DNA of 64,000 bases from Vicugna vicugna (lineage: Eukaryota). Below are positions 27,601 to 40,800 of the stretch, piece by piece; position 1 is the first letter of the stretch, and each line of letters opens with the position of its first letter. The notes beneath the pieces are model-generated. The model did no database searches, had not been told where the DNA came from, and worked only from the letters and a program-made list of their open reading frames with translations. The stretch spans positions 716,244 through 780,243 of the forward strand of contig MU058252.1 in NCBI GenBank assembly GCA_013265495.1. The letters are read 5' to 3'. A program made the position numbers and the translations under genes.

Positions 27601-28839
27601 AGGGGCGGGGACAGCGGGGACAGGGGGCCACAGTGGATGGGATCCGGACATGCATCAGGTGCCCAGGTCGTCAGGCCCGAGGCCCCATGCATGGCAGACA
27701 CGGCACAGCGCTGTGTCACAGTCCCGCCTGGGCGTCTTGGGGCGGGCGGCCAGCACACCGCCCCTCCCCGCTGTCCGAGTCGCCTCTGGCCGTCTGGACC
27801 TCCGTTTTCAGTTTACTTGGAAATGGCTGACTCCGGTTCCCCAGACGAGTTGTGTCTTTGCTACTCTGTACCCTCAGAATAACCTGGTCGGTATATAAAT
27901 ATTGTTCCGCAACTTGCTTTTCTTTTAACTTAAAAACAAGTATATTCTCGACATCTTTTTCATTCTTAGAGGCCCCGTGATATCCTATCACACACACAAT
28001 CTGATCAGGCGGCCTCTCACCGAGGGTGTTCTGACCGTTTCTGGGCCGCGCTGTCTCCTGCTTGCTTCCCTCGCCCTTGAGACGTTTCCACGGCTCCTAC
28101 TGCAGCCGTGTCTGCAGAACGGTCCACGCACCCCTTTCAAATACATTATTCACTTTGCTGTAACCAATGCCAACCCCCCCATTTCCATGGTAACAAACTT
28201 TAGCTCCTTTAAAGCCTACAGCCTCACAGGATTCCTGGCTTCCAGGAGACGATGCGCACAGCTTCTGTTAACCAGGGAAGTGATATTTACTGGAGTGGTG
28301 ACCTCCGATGATCCACAAAGCATCCCATTTTTCATGTATTACTCACTTTGGCAAATTTCTAAATTCAGGAAAAAGTCAATTTCATGGCAAGGGAAAAGCT
28401 GAGTAAGAGTGAAAGCAGACACAGGTCGTACCAGCTGTCACTTGCTTTTCTGTTGGTGGAAAACCAATGGTCAGGCCTTTTGGGGGATGGGAGCGAGGGT
28501 GAGATGGGCTGACCTAGTTCTTTTTTGGGGAATCCAGAATTTCTAATTATTTTACTGTTGAAATCTGTATAGTTACAGTGGTAGAGACCAAATTTCTTAA
28601 AGTCACTGTTGGCCACTTTCCCTCTGAAATCGTATTTGGTTGCTTCTCTGTCTTCTTTGTGTCAAAGAGTCAAGAGTTGCAGAAGGGACCTTGAAGATTA
28701 CCTGGTCCAAAGTGGATTTAGCAAAGTCACAGGATACAAGGTCAGTTTACAAAAATCAAAAACAATTGGAAAATAAAGAACAAAGCTATTTTTATATTCC
28801 CAAGAATTCTGTGTAGCAGACACAATGCAGGCAAAGTGG

Positions 28840-29216
28840 CCCCAAGAGCCCAGGTGTCCTGTGAGGACGAGCTGCAGGGGCGGGCTGCTGGGGGTGCCAG
28901 CAGACCAGGAGGGGGAGGGCAGGGAGGGGTCCCAGAGCGCTGGGCAGAGCTGGGCACACATCTCCCAGGACAGCCCTGGATGAAGCTGAAAGAGGGTAGG
29001 GTGAACTCACAAGGGCACTCTGCCCCCAGAGTTCTGCTGAGGGATGGATGGAGGCCACCCTCCCGGCCTTTGCCTGAGAGCCACCCCTGCAGGGCCTCTG
29101 CCCCCCTCCTCCCCTGGTCTCTTAGGGGCTCTCCTGGGAGTACACCCTAATAAAACACTGACTTCCCGTGAATTCCTGGCTCAGCAGCTACTTTTGGGGA
29201 ACCCAAGTGAAGGCAA
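28840..29216 (+). mobile_element. ERVL LTR (LTR16-like)
   Basis: 3' end cctaataaaacac...ggctcagcagctacttttggggaacccaagtgaaggca resembles an LTR16 terminus. Confidence 0.55.
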
Positions 29217-29863
29217 TTTTGCTTGGTAAAGATCTATGTGTAAATTTACACACTAAATGCACACATGTCTACATGTATATGCACACGTATTTCATTACAC
29301 TGGATATACTCTGACCGTTACATTGAATGTGTTATTTAGGACTTCTCATATATGATTTGTGTAAGTCATACTGGTATAAAATGAGCTGCAATACCAAAAT
29401 AATCAGGTTCAAATTTTCTGTGAAGAGAGGTCAATAAAGTTCTCTCCATCAAGAGATTATCCACTTCAGTAATTTTTTCTTCTTAACTGATATTATTTCA
29501 ACTTCATTTTTCTACTAAATAACTAGAAAAGACCATCAGGATATGCTGTGGGAGGTGGCACAGCTTAACGGTTACAAGCTCAGGGTCTACACGCATGAGA
29601 CAGACCTGTGTTCAAATTCCAGAACCTGTCGCTCACCAGCTCTGCAGATTAAGTTCTTAAATTCTAGAATTTGTGGATTCAGCTTTGTGATTTAAGTTCT
29701 TTAACTACAGAACTCGTGTTTCTTTATCTGTAAAAGAGGGTGGCAACAGCACACCCCTTAGTAGGCTGCCACGACGGCCGAGAGTTCAGAGCAAACCTCG
29801 ACACGATGCCCGACGTGCAGAGAGGACCTGACACCCACTGTGGGGGCTGCTGGATTCAAATCA

Positions 29864-30520
<657 letters not shown>

Positions 30521-31869
30521 GCCTTTATTATTTGAATTTCTGTAGAGGTTAGAGGACAGTTGGCTGGAGCAATGCCAACGTACTGTGACCCCAGAGCTGT
30601 GTGTAGCTGGAGGATGGCCCAGCACCCACTGCCTGCAAGGATCTGCCCCCCACCCTCCGGGTGCAAAGAACACGTGTCCAAGAGACTGACAGCTCCGCTT
30701 CGCCCACACCAGCCTGCACACTGGGGAAGATTTACATTACCCGGGAAATACCCAAGAAAAAATATTACTTTATTATACATGCTAAATAAGTGTTAGCAAA
30801 ATAAGTTAAACAGCACGGTACCACCACGTTCCTCGTTACTCCACTTCCCACAGTGGTCAACACTCCGTGTCTGCTGACTGGTTTGCCAATTTCATGACAC
30901 ACCATGTGAACCGCTCCGAAATCTCTACTTTCATTCTGACCTCTTTTCAGAGAACTGTAATTCATAATTCCACCACTCCCCTCACCTCCTGGACAGCGAT
31001 CTTCTCGCATACCTCCCCTGCTGCTCGTGGGATAAAGTCGGACAACCAGGTCTGGCCTTCACGAACCTCCGTGGTCTGGCTCCTCCGCCACCTCCTTCTC
31101 CCACTTGGGTTCTCACGCCCAGGCACACAGCTCCCGGCTGCGTTCCCTCCTGTCTTGAATCTCACTTTGCTGCATTGGTTTGTCCTGCTTTAATTTAAAC
31201 TTCCTTCTCTACTGCTTCTTGCTCAATTTCAACCCAACCTCAAGTGCCATCTTCTCCACAAAAGCAGCGAACACCGAGGTGCTTGCCACGGACCAGGCAC
31301 TCCTGGACTGTGACACCAGGTTGTACCGTAAATTTCCTCAGTTAATTTCTGTGGCAACCTTACGGGGTGGGCCTCCATTTCTTCACTTTCCATAGGACCT
31401 GACTAAGCAACTCGCCTGAAGTCAGACTTGGGAAGTGACCAGAGCGGGACTGAATCCATGTCCACAACTCCAACACTCCCCTCACAAAACCTCTGCCAGT
31501 TCACCCGGTCTCGGACACATGCGTCCCACAGGCACCTGTGGGGCTACTGTCTGCTTGACACTGTCCCCAGACCAGACACGAGGTGAACACAGACACGGTC
31601 TCTGTGCTCCGAGCTCACGAGTTGGAGAACTAGGGCACCAGGATGTACCACGTGAGAGGAGAGGTCCTGGATGGCAGAAGCACAAGGCAGGACCCAACCC
31701 TGAGCTGCGCAGGTGAGGAAGCAGGTCTGCAGTGACCTCTTCCTCTGAAAACATACGCGCCACCGGTGCAGCTCTGATGGTCTTCTTCCCGGATGATAAT
31801 TTCTTTGACCAGGATCTTCCTCATTTATTAGGTTAATTAATTGTCAATTCCTATTTATTGACCATGGTT

Positions 31870-32170
31870 TTAGTGTGGGTTCTCCCAAAGCCGACCCTGA
31901 GACCAGGGGAACTGAGACAGGGAAGGAAAAAGTCCAAAAGGGAGCCCCCGTAAGCAGGCCACAGCCCCGTGCAATGAGCCACAGATGCTGGGGACCCAGA
32001 GAGACTGTGCCTGGCCTCCGAACTGGCTCCTCGTCAGGACCGCCCCGCCCTTTGATTAGAGGCTACCCTGGGGCATTACCTCTGGCATTCCTGCCCTGCG
32101 CCCACAAGCCCTGCTCCAAAGAACACCCTCGGGCAGAGGTGTTCAAATAAGAGAACTTGGATGCAGGGGA
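31870..32170 (-). mobile_element. ERVL LTR (LTR33-like) remnant
   Basis: gggttctcccaaagccgaccctgagacc...gagacagggaaggaaaaagtccaa. Confidence 0.45.
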
Positions 32171-34887
32171 GGCACTGAAAGCATCTGCTCCCAAGAGCTT
32201 CTGCTGTGCTAGAGGCTGGGGTCCCTGGGGGCCCAGCATACATGCCGCTGCCCTGCAGACACCACCGACAAGTGGAGGAGAGACATCGACTTGACGGTCA
32301 CTACACCGTCATGAGCGCTATCACAGGACAAGTCCGGGCTTATGAATGGATGGATGGAATTTAAGTCGGTGTGCTTCCATTTTTCTCGAAACATTTATCC
32401 ACCGGGAAATAGGAGTCTTGCACAGATAAGAACCAGAACACTGCCGTCACTGCTCCCACACTGCCAGGATGCCGATTACCATGCTGCTGAACGAGTCGTT
32501 TCCCGGGAGCATGTTCAGCGGGGGATTTACGCACACAGGGCTCAAAGAGCAGTGCCGTCAAGCACACGCTTAACTAGCGCTTAAGTTACAAACTGTCGGT
32601 CAGACCCATACCCCTAAAATTCAAATGAATGAATCAAGAGGGAAAGTAATAAAATGTAACAGCCCATCTCCCAGAAAGGAACCCTTACAAGATATTTTGT
32701 CCATTAATTAAATCAAGAATTTTCGTAAGAGACGTGCATGTCTCATAGATGTTAATATCACGACAGAACTATCTGAAATAAAATCTTAAAATACTATGAA
32801 AACAAATATTCAAACTTTTAGAATTTTTAAAACTCAAAGTTTTGGGTTAAACATATTTGGGGGGCACCAACTTAAATTCCTGTTGATTTTTAAAAATATT
32901 TAAACATTTCATTTGGAATAGTTTTTGCTTTCCAGGAAGGCTGTGGAGACAAAGCAGGCCCCTGTGCACCCCACACGGGGTCCCCTGAAGGCAACAGCTG
33001 ACGCTACTGTGGCGCATTTAGTCACCACGCACCACAGCCTGCCCGGGACAGGACAGCTTCTCAGCCCTTCCTTTTCTCAATGACCTGGACAGTTTTCCAG
33101 GGGTGCTGGGCAGGCGTTCTGCGGGCTGGCCCTCATTTTGGATCTGTACGTTGTTTTTCTCGTGATCTCAGTCGTGGGGTCATGTGTTCTGACGGGAAGA
33201 CCGGAGAGTGAAGTGCTTTCTCATCCCACAGTTCGAGGGTACCTGCCACCAACACGACCACCCGGCCCGGGTAGGCTCTGTCGGTTTCCCCACCACAGTT
33301 CCTCTTCCCCTTCTCTCGTGCTGCAGTCTTTGCAGGGAGGTCGCCCCACCTCCCTGAGGGCGAAGCAGCTACATAAACCATCTGGACCTCTTCTGTGCGG
33401 GAGAGCTGTCTGTCTGTCTCAGCACAGACTTGCTGTCTCTCTCGCATACTCTGAGTCACATACAGGCCATGCCGCGTCAGGACTGGTCGGAGGCTGTGCT
33501 CCAGCCGGCACGTGTCCTCTCCCATCCACCCAGGATGTCTGTGCTCACACCTGTGGCCCCCAGGGGTGTGGAGATTGGGGCCCTCGGGGTCCCCTGGGAC
33601 CAGAGGGTCCCTTGGTTCTCTCTGGAGCATCACCAGCCCCCAGGTGATAAGACATGTCTCCTCGGTCACTAGAGTCTTTCAAGTGTGGTATGTTTGTTAC
33701 AATCATGCAATTTCCTTAGTTTTTATCCCTCCAGGACAGCGCATCACACGCAGCCCAGCTCCTCAGGCTCCTCCGGCTGTGACAGTTCCTCACACCCTGA
33801 TCTGACGGCCTCGGCAGTTCTGAGGAGCACTGGGCAGGCACTTGCGAGGATGCCCCTCGCCTGGAATTTGATGTTTTTCTCCAAGGGCTCTGGGTTATGA
33901 GAAGGGTCTATAACATTATTTTTTAAATGTAAAAAGTGTGACCAAAAAAAGCAAGAAGCTGAATATGTAAAACAGATGACAATAAAATGCACTGTGGTTT
34001 GTAATAAGGCTAGATTATTACTGATGTAATAACATCGGTGACAAAAGTGTTGGTGTTTTAAGTTAGGAAAAGAAAATAAAATATTATAAAATACCATTGC
34101 TTCTCCACATCTAGGATAAACTTCCTGATTAAATGGCACCTTGGTGTTATTTTTATTATGACGAAGTCTCAAATTGTACTTGAAGGACGAAATGCATTGA
34201 AGTATAAAGTAAGAGTAATTTGGAGTTGAACCAACAGGGAGAAAACCAGATACTCCAAACCATTCAACGATAACAGATTATTTGGAATAAATTCTTAAAA
34301 TTCCTGAGCAGGCAAGTTCCAACTCTCACTATTCAAAGGCAGCTGGGGTTAAGAGAGTATGACAGTGTCCCACTCTCTGGTGACTGTGTCCGTCCCTAGT
34401 CTCACACTGGCATCTGGGTCACTGGTCCATGAAAGCAGCATGTCCGTGGAATGATGTCACATCTTCCAATAATATGCATCATTCTCTGCGGGAGCTGTTA
34501 GTAAGCACCGCTGGGAAGTGGAACGTATATGTTAAGGCGTTTGATTGGTGAAGGTTAACAAAACAATCTGGAAAATGCAACATCTAAGTTTACATGCCGA
34601 CAGTTCTACACATTCAATAGGAAAGGGTGGCAGTAAGTGTTTCTCTCTCTAAAAAGCAGGTGTGATTACACACCACCCTTGACAAGTCCTCACTCAGCAC
34701 AGTACACCACGTCACTCACAGCCACCTCGCGCTACCACACCCTCTAGGAAATTTTTCATGTCCTAGGATACTTCCTTCTCAAAGGAAGCCTGGAACTCTA
34801 GGAACCTGTCCTTGTGTCTGCCTCTGCTCTGCGCACAGGTGCTCTCGTCCCGTCCCATGTGTCCCACTGACATCCCACCTGCCTTTC

Positions 34888-35300
34888 TGAGGTGGGCTGA
34901 ATAGTGGTCCCCAAAAGATATGTCTACCTGGAGTGTCAGAAGACCTTAGTTGGAACAGGGTCTTTGCGGGTGTAATTAAGGTAAGGATCTTGAGTTGAGA
35001 TCATCTTGGATTATTAGGTTGGGTCCTAAATCCAATGACCAATGTCCTTACTGAAGAGAGGAGACATGGACACAGAGGAGAAGGCCGTGCAGAATGGAGG
35101 CAGAGATGACAGTGATGCCGCCACGGACAGCGGGAACCAGGAGAGAGGCCCGGGGCAGACTCCTCGAGCCTCCAGAAGGGCCCAGCCCTGCTGACACCGG
35201 ATCTCAGACGTCTGGCCTGCCTACTGTGGGAGAACAAAATTCTGCTGTTCTAAGTCACCAGGTTTGTGGCACTTTGTCACAGCGGCTCAGGAGCCTCTGC
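34888..35300 (+). mobile_element. MaLR LTR (MLT1B/C/D-like)
   Basis: gggctgaatagtggtccccaaaagatatgtc...gtcctaaatccaatgac...ggtttgtggcactttgtcacagc. Confidence 0.85.
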
Positions 35301-36714
35301 CACCTTTGAGTTCAGTACCTGGGCCCCGTGCACCTTCCTTAAGGCCCTTGAGTCACAAGCACCGGCTCCAGGTCGACACCCCTGGCGCTCCGTGAGTAAC
35401 TCCCTCTCCGGCTGCCACGTGCCCTGTACCAGCTCCAGGTCTGCCTTAGACCGCAGCTTCCCGAGGTGGCAGACGGGCGCCAGCTAGTTCCTCAAAGGTG
35501 TCAGGACAAGCTCGTGCCTCTTAACTGTATGTCACTGAAAGACACGCAGGTCAGAGGGAGGGACCAAAGATGAATCTGAGATGACTATGCAACATTTCTA
35601 TCCGCGGAGAGAAAAATGATAATAAAGCACACAAGCTTAAAAGAATGCTGGTGACTCTAAATTTAATGATCAGTAAAGAAACAATTTATATACATGCCTC
35701 TGTAAAACTGAAGGACTGGAAAAGGATGTTTTAGTCAGAGAAATAATGCACCTGAGAAGGTGCCTTGTAATTTTTTTTTAAGTGAAAGAGCATTGATCTT
35801 AAGTTAAGAAGTGTTTGCAAGTGTATTTTATATTGAAGCCATTTTCTAATTCTACTGGACTGAAAAAAGTAATGCAATCGGATAAAACTGCAGAAAATGT
35901 CAAAATGTTCACTTTATTGTATACATATTTTAAAAACCTGAAAACACAGCAAAAAATTTGATGAAATCACATTTCAGAGATAAATGTCTTATATCCCTGG
36001 TCATATACTATTTTCTAAAACCTATTTACATATAATTTTAACTTAGATTTCGTAAAAAAAATTATTCTAAGATGGTGTGATTCTTCAGTGTATCTTGTCT
36101 TAATTACGTGAAAGCGAAGGGGACAGACTGTCACTGGTTATCTGTGAGTCTAAGAAGGACAGGGCTCGACACAGACAGCGAGACGCGGTGAGGGCCCAAG
36201 GACCCCCGCCAGTGTCTCAGAGCCCCGGATGGGGATGCCGCTCAGAGCGGGAGAGGAAGAGAAGGCCACAGGCTGGTTCAGGGAGCCGCCCTGGATTCTC
36301 TAACGCTGCCCCTCCCCCTTCCGCGGCACGCAGAATTATCTCTGCTTGCTCTGGGCCAGACGCCCCTGTAAACCACTCTAACCCTAGAGCCCTCGCGTCA
36401 GAAGCGCAACTACAGCCTCCGGGATGAAAGAGAAGGACGGCCGGCTGCCCAGCCCCGCTCGCGTGCTGACACACCACACCAGCTCCCAGGCTGACACATC
36501 ACACCAGCTCCGTGTCCTCCACGGCCAGCCGCGGGGCAGGCGGCTCACAGGATGATGGGTGGGGGGAAGCCTGAAGGGACAGTGGCCTCTCGTTGGGGCC
36601 AGAAAAAGCAACTACTGTCCAGTCACCACCTGAAAGAGGCTCTCGGCCAACACAGGCAATTAAGTGTGGGAGGAAACACCACCCCACCCCAGAGCCAAAG
36701 CCCCCTAAAATTCT

Positions 36715-36945
36715 TTTTAAAGTTTTTTTTTTATCAAAGCACAGTTGATTTACAATGTTGTGTTAGTTTCAGGCATACAGAAAAGTGATTCAGTTATATG
36801 TATATACATTCTTTTCCAGATTCTTTTCCATTATAGGTTATTACAAGATATGGAATATAGTTCCCTGTGCTCTACAGGAGGTCCTTGTTGTTTATCTATT
36901 TTATATACTGTAGTACATATCTGTTAATCCCCCATCTCTTTTATT
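36715..36945 (-). mobile_element. Short L1 3' end (cetartiodactyl-type)
   Basis: agttgatttacaatgttgtgttagtttcagg...atagttccctgtgctctacag; T-rich tail on the left. Confidence 0.8.
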
Positions 36946-37079
36946 TACCACAACTGAATGCCTTATTTTAAGTCATGATCACAGGTCATCATAATGATTC
37001 AAACCCTGACTTGAGCGTGCAAGGATGAAAGGCATTTTAAAGCAAAATTTACACATTGCTCTAATGCCACTAAAAGGAA

Positions 37080-37803
37080 AACCCCACCCTCCCACACTGC
37101 TGGTGGGAATGCAGTTTGGTGCAGCCACTGTGGAAAACAGTACGGAGATTCCTCAAAAGACTAGGAATAGACTTACCGTATGACCCAGGAATCCTGCTCC
37201 TGGGCATATATCCAGAAGGAACCCTACTTCAAAATGACACCTGCACCCCAGTGTCCATAGCAGCACTATTTACAATAGCCAAAACATGGGAACAGCCTAA
37301 ATGTCCATCAACAGATGACTGGATAAAGAAGATGTGGTATATTTATACAATGGAATACTGTTCAGCCATAAAAACTGACAACATAATGCCATTTGCAGCA
37401 ACATGGATGCTCCTGGAGAATGTCATTCTAAGTGAAATAAGCCACAAAGAGAAAGAAAAATACCACATGAGATTGCTCATATGTGGAATCTAAACAAACA
37501 AACAAAGCATAAATACAAAACAGAAATAGACTCATAGACATAGAATACAAACTTGTGGTTGCCAAGGGGGTGGGGGGCAGGAAGGGATAGACTGGGATTT
37601 CAAAATTGTAGAACAGATAAACAAGATTATACTGTATAGCACGGGGAAATATATACAAGATCTTATGGTAGCTCACAGAGAAAAAAAATGTGACAATGAA
37701 TATATGTATGCTCATGTATAACTGAAAAATTGTGCTCTACACTGGAATTTGACACAACATTGTAAAATGATTATAAATCAATAAAAAATGTTTAAAAAAA
37801 AAG
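37080..37803 (+). mobile_element. Relatively young 5'-truncated L1 (ORF2 C-terminus, 3' UTR, poly-A)
   Basis: Open frame 37116-37493, [32 protein letters not shown]...WIKKMWYIYTMEYCSAIK, is the L1 ORF2p C-terminus; AATAAA and A tail follow. Confidence 0.92.
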
Positions 37804-40800
37804 ACCCAAGACAAAAACACCTGACTTATTTCCAATCCCTATTTTAACTTAATGTAGACATTTCATTGTAATTCCAAAGAGAAAAAGATTATCAATAGGT
37901 TAGCTACTTTAAAATGTGTCTTTTATACTTTATTCTACATTTAGAAACACAAGTTTGCTATATTCATATAGTATCTTCTCTTTTTAGAAAACCATTTAAA
38001 ATAGTTGAGCAAGAAATAAGCAAAAAGGGAAATGTGGAAGTTAAAAATATATGAAAAGATTAAACTCTTGTACAAGTTGTCCTAAAGTGCTTAGAAACAT
38101 GAATATTAACAAAGTAAAGGCTTGAATCTAATTTTACAGGACTTATAAGGTAGCAGAATAAATGAAATGCATTAGATTTTTTCCCTTTCCACACTTTTGG
38201 CATTATGGTTTTGTGTGTGTTGGGGGCAAAAGCATCCGCTGAAGAGGGAGAGGCACGTGCTCATCTAGATAAGGGGCAAAGGCTTATTAAGAAGGAAAAT
38301 GTAGGTAAGCAAAGGCACAGTCTCCCTAATTAGATGGTTCAAAGTTGGTTGCAGTAAATGTTTAAAGAATGTCACAGACAGACAAAGCAGTGACTTTGAA
38401 ACGATTGTGATTCCCACCAGTGTTAAAATGACTTTACGTTTAATTCTGGGAACCACATGGCTGAAACATCTATCACGGCCAATGCTTCCTCTTTCTCAGG
38501 AAAAAGAACCCAGTTACTGAGCTGAAGCAACAGTGAGGACCCAGGTTAGCTCCCAGGGATCCAGCCCCAGGCGCCCGCAGGTCAGCAGAGGAAGGGACAC
38601 CTTAATGGTGATGCAGGAACAACACGATGACGCCCAGCCGATGTGCTTCCAGGAGCTGAAAGACGCTCCCTTCTCTCTCTGGCTTACTAAGGATTTTGTT
38701 AAGGGATATATGTTGAATCCTATCAGTTGCTTTTTCAGTATCTACTGAGATGACCAGAAGCTTCTCTCCTTTAATCTGTTGACATTAATTCCTCGGTGGA
38801 TTTCTTAACAAACTGCAGTCTTCTTGCGTTTCCAGGACAAAACCTTGTTTGGTCACAGCAGACCGCACGGCTCACTGCTGATGTTTATGTAGGAGCTCTG
38901 CCCATATTTCCAATGCCAGGTTAATCATTTGTTTTCTTCTCCGTGTGCTGTCATCTGGCTCTGATATCAGGATCAAGCTAACACCACAGAATGGGCCGGG
39001 AAGCGGTCATCCTTTTCTATGCCCTAAAGTAATTCAAATGACCTGCTCCCTGAAAGTTTTACAGAATTCATCCATCAACAGGCTGAATACCAGGCCTAGG
39101 GCAGAGGAAGGGCGAGGAACTTTAACTACTTAAAAACAAAAACAAAAAAACCTTTATTGAGGTAGAATTTACATCCATACAGTTCACCCATTTAAAGTGT
39201 ACAATTCAGTTAATTACTTTTTAATTTATTTTATGGTGATTGATGAAAGAGGTAACTAACCAGGAAAATATGAAATGATAAAATTTATTCAAAAGTGACT
39301 GAAGAGTTTTAAATGTATTGATATAATTTGATATTTTCAGATTTCTTTTAATGCTATTTTCTGAACCTCCAAGTTCATAATTAAGGAGCCCGGGTAATTT
39401 CTAATGCTTTGCATTTCCACTTTTTTTTCTTGAACAGACCTGACACAGGTTTATCCACTTCACTGGTCTTTTCCAAGAATTAAGTCTTTGCTTTTGTTGA
39501 GCAAGACTACTTCTTGGTTCAATTTCACTGGCTGCTGTCATTTCAGTAGAATTTTGGGGGGGGAGGGGGGAAGAGAGAGAAATGAATATATTCAGCAAAC
39601 TGTCTTGCATCCCAGCATGGCAGCCCAGCCCAGTGAGTCAGTAGGTGAATTAAGACTGGCTTGTCACCATGTCCCCACAGGCATGCTGCAGTGTGACATT
39701 CAGACAGAATGCTCTTCTGACACATCTTGACACATTCAGTTTACCAGAGCTCAGACATATGTCCACAATTGCATGCACATCTTTGGGGTTTAGTGACACA
39801 AGGAATCCTTCTGCTGTTGGGCCCTCTGGCTGCTTCCAGTACAGCAATCATCCTTCTTACATGTGTATATTCAGAATTATGATTTCAAGTCAAAATATGA
39901 AAAAATGATTTGCAGAGTAAGGCAGGAACAAAAGAAGATTCGTTCATAAGCTCACAGGCCTCAGGTCCTTTCCTCCAGCGTGTCAGGGAGCAGGCCAGTC
40001 TTCTCCAACGGGGACTCCAAGGAATCCAGGTTCCAGTGGGAGCGAGTGTAGAAGAAAGAACAGGGCAGATCTTGACCAAACCTGTATCAGACCTGCCACC
40101 ACCTTCTGTGTGACCTTGAGCAAATGACTTCATCCCTTTAGCCAGAACATCTTCATCTGTAAAATGGGGACGACACCATCTTTCTTGCAGAGTGACTCTG
40201 AGGAATGGGGGTAAGTAAACCCAAACATGCAGTCACAAACGCTGCCAGCTGGACAGGATGAACAGCAGTCACACGGGGAACAGTCTGACATACACACACC
40301 GAAGCCATCACTGGACAGACAGCTGTCATTGGATGAGGCACTAAGGGTGGCTCTGATTTAAAATTTTTGCTCAGTTGCCTTTTTGGTCCTTTCCAGGTCT
40401 TCATTATAGTTATATTTGTGGAGACTGTACACACAGCAGGTACTGAGGGGAGTGTGAAGTTTGTGTTATTTAACGCACATATGACCCTGTTAGCTAGGTG
40501 GTATTATTTCCTACTTACATAGGAAGAAACAGGAGCTTGAAATAACTTGCCTAAGGTCTCACAGCTATTAAGCAGAAGAAATGGGACTCAATCTGGGTCT
40601 GACTCATGCTCTTAATTATGTGACACTAATTACATTATGCAACTTAAAGGGTGGGGGGGGCATGCCATATGTGCGAGCATCCAAGCTAGGGAATCAATGT
40701 GAGAAGTAAGAGCGAAAGGTGAAAACAAACACATGAGAATGTGGATGTCTGTGTTCTTGAGGAGGTCTTAAGGGAATAACAACATTCCACAGTACGTGAC

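Noticed and set aside
37116..37493. 125-aa ORF as a host gene
   Set aside because: It is the L1 ORF2p C-terminus of a 5'-truncated element.
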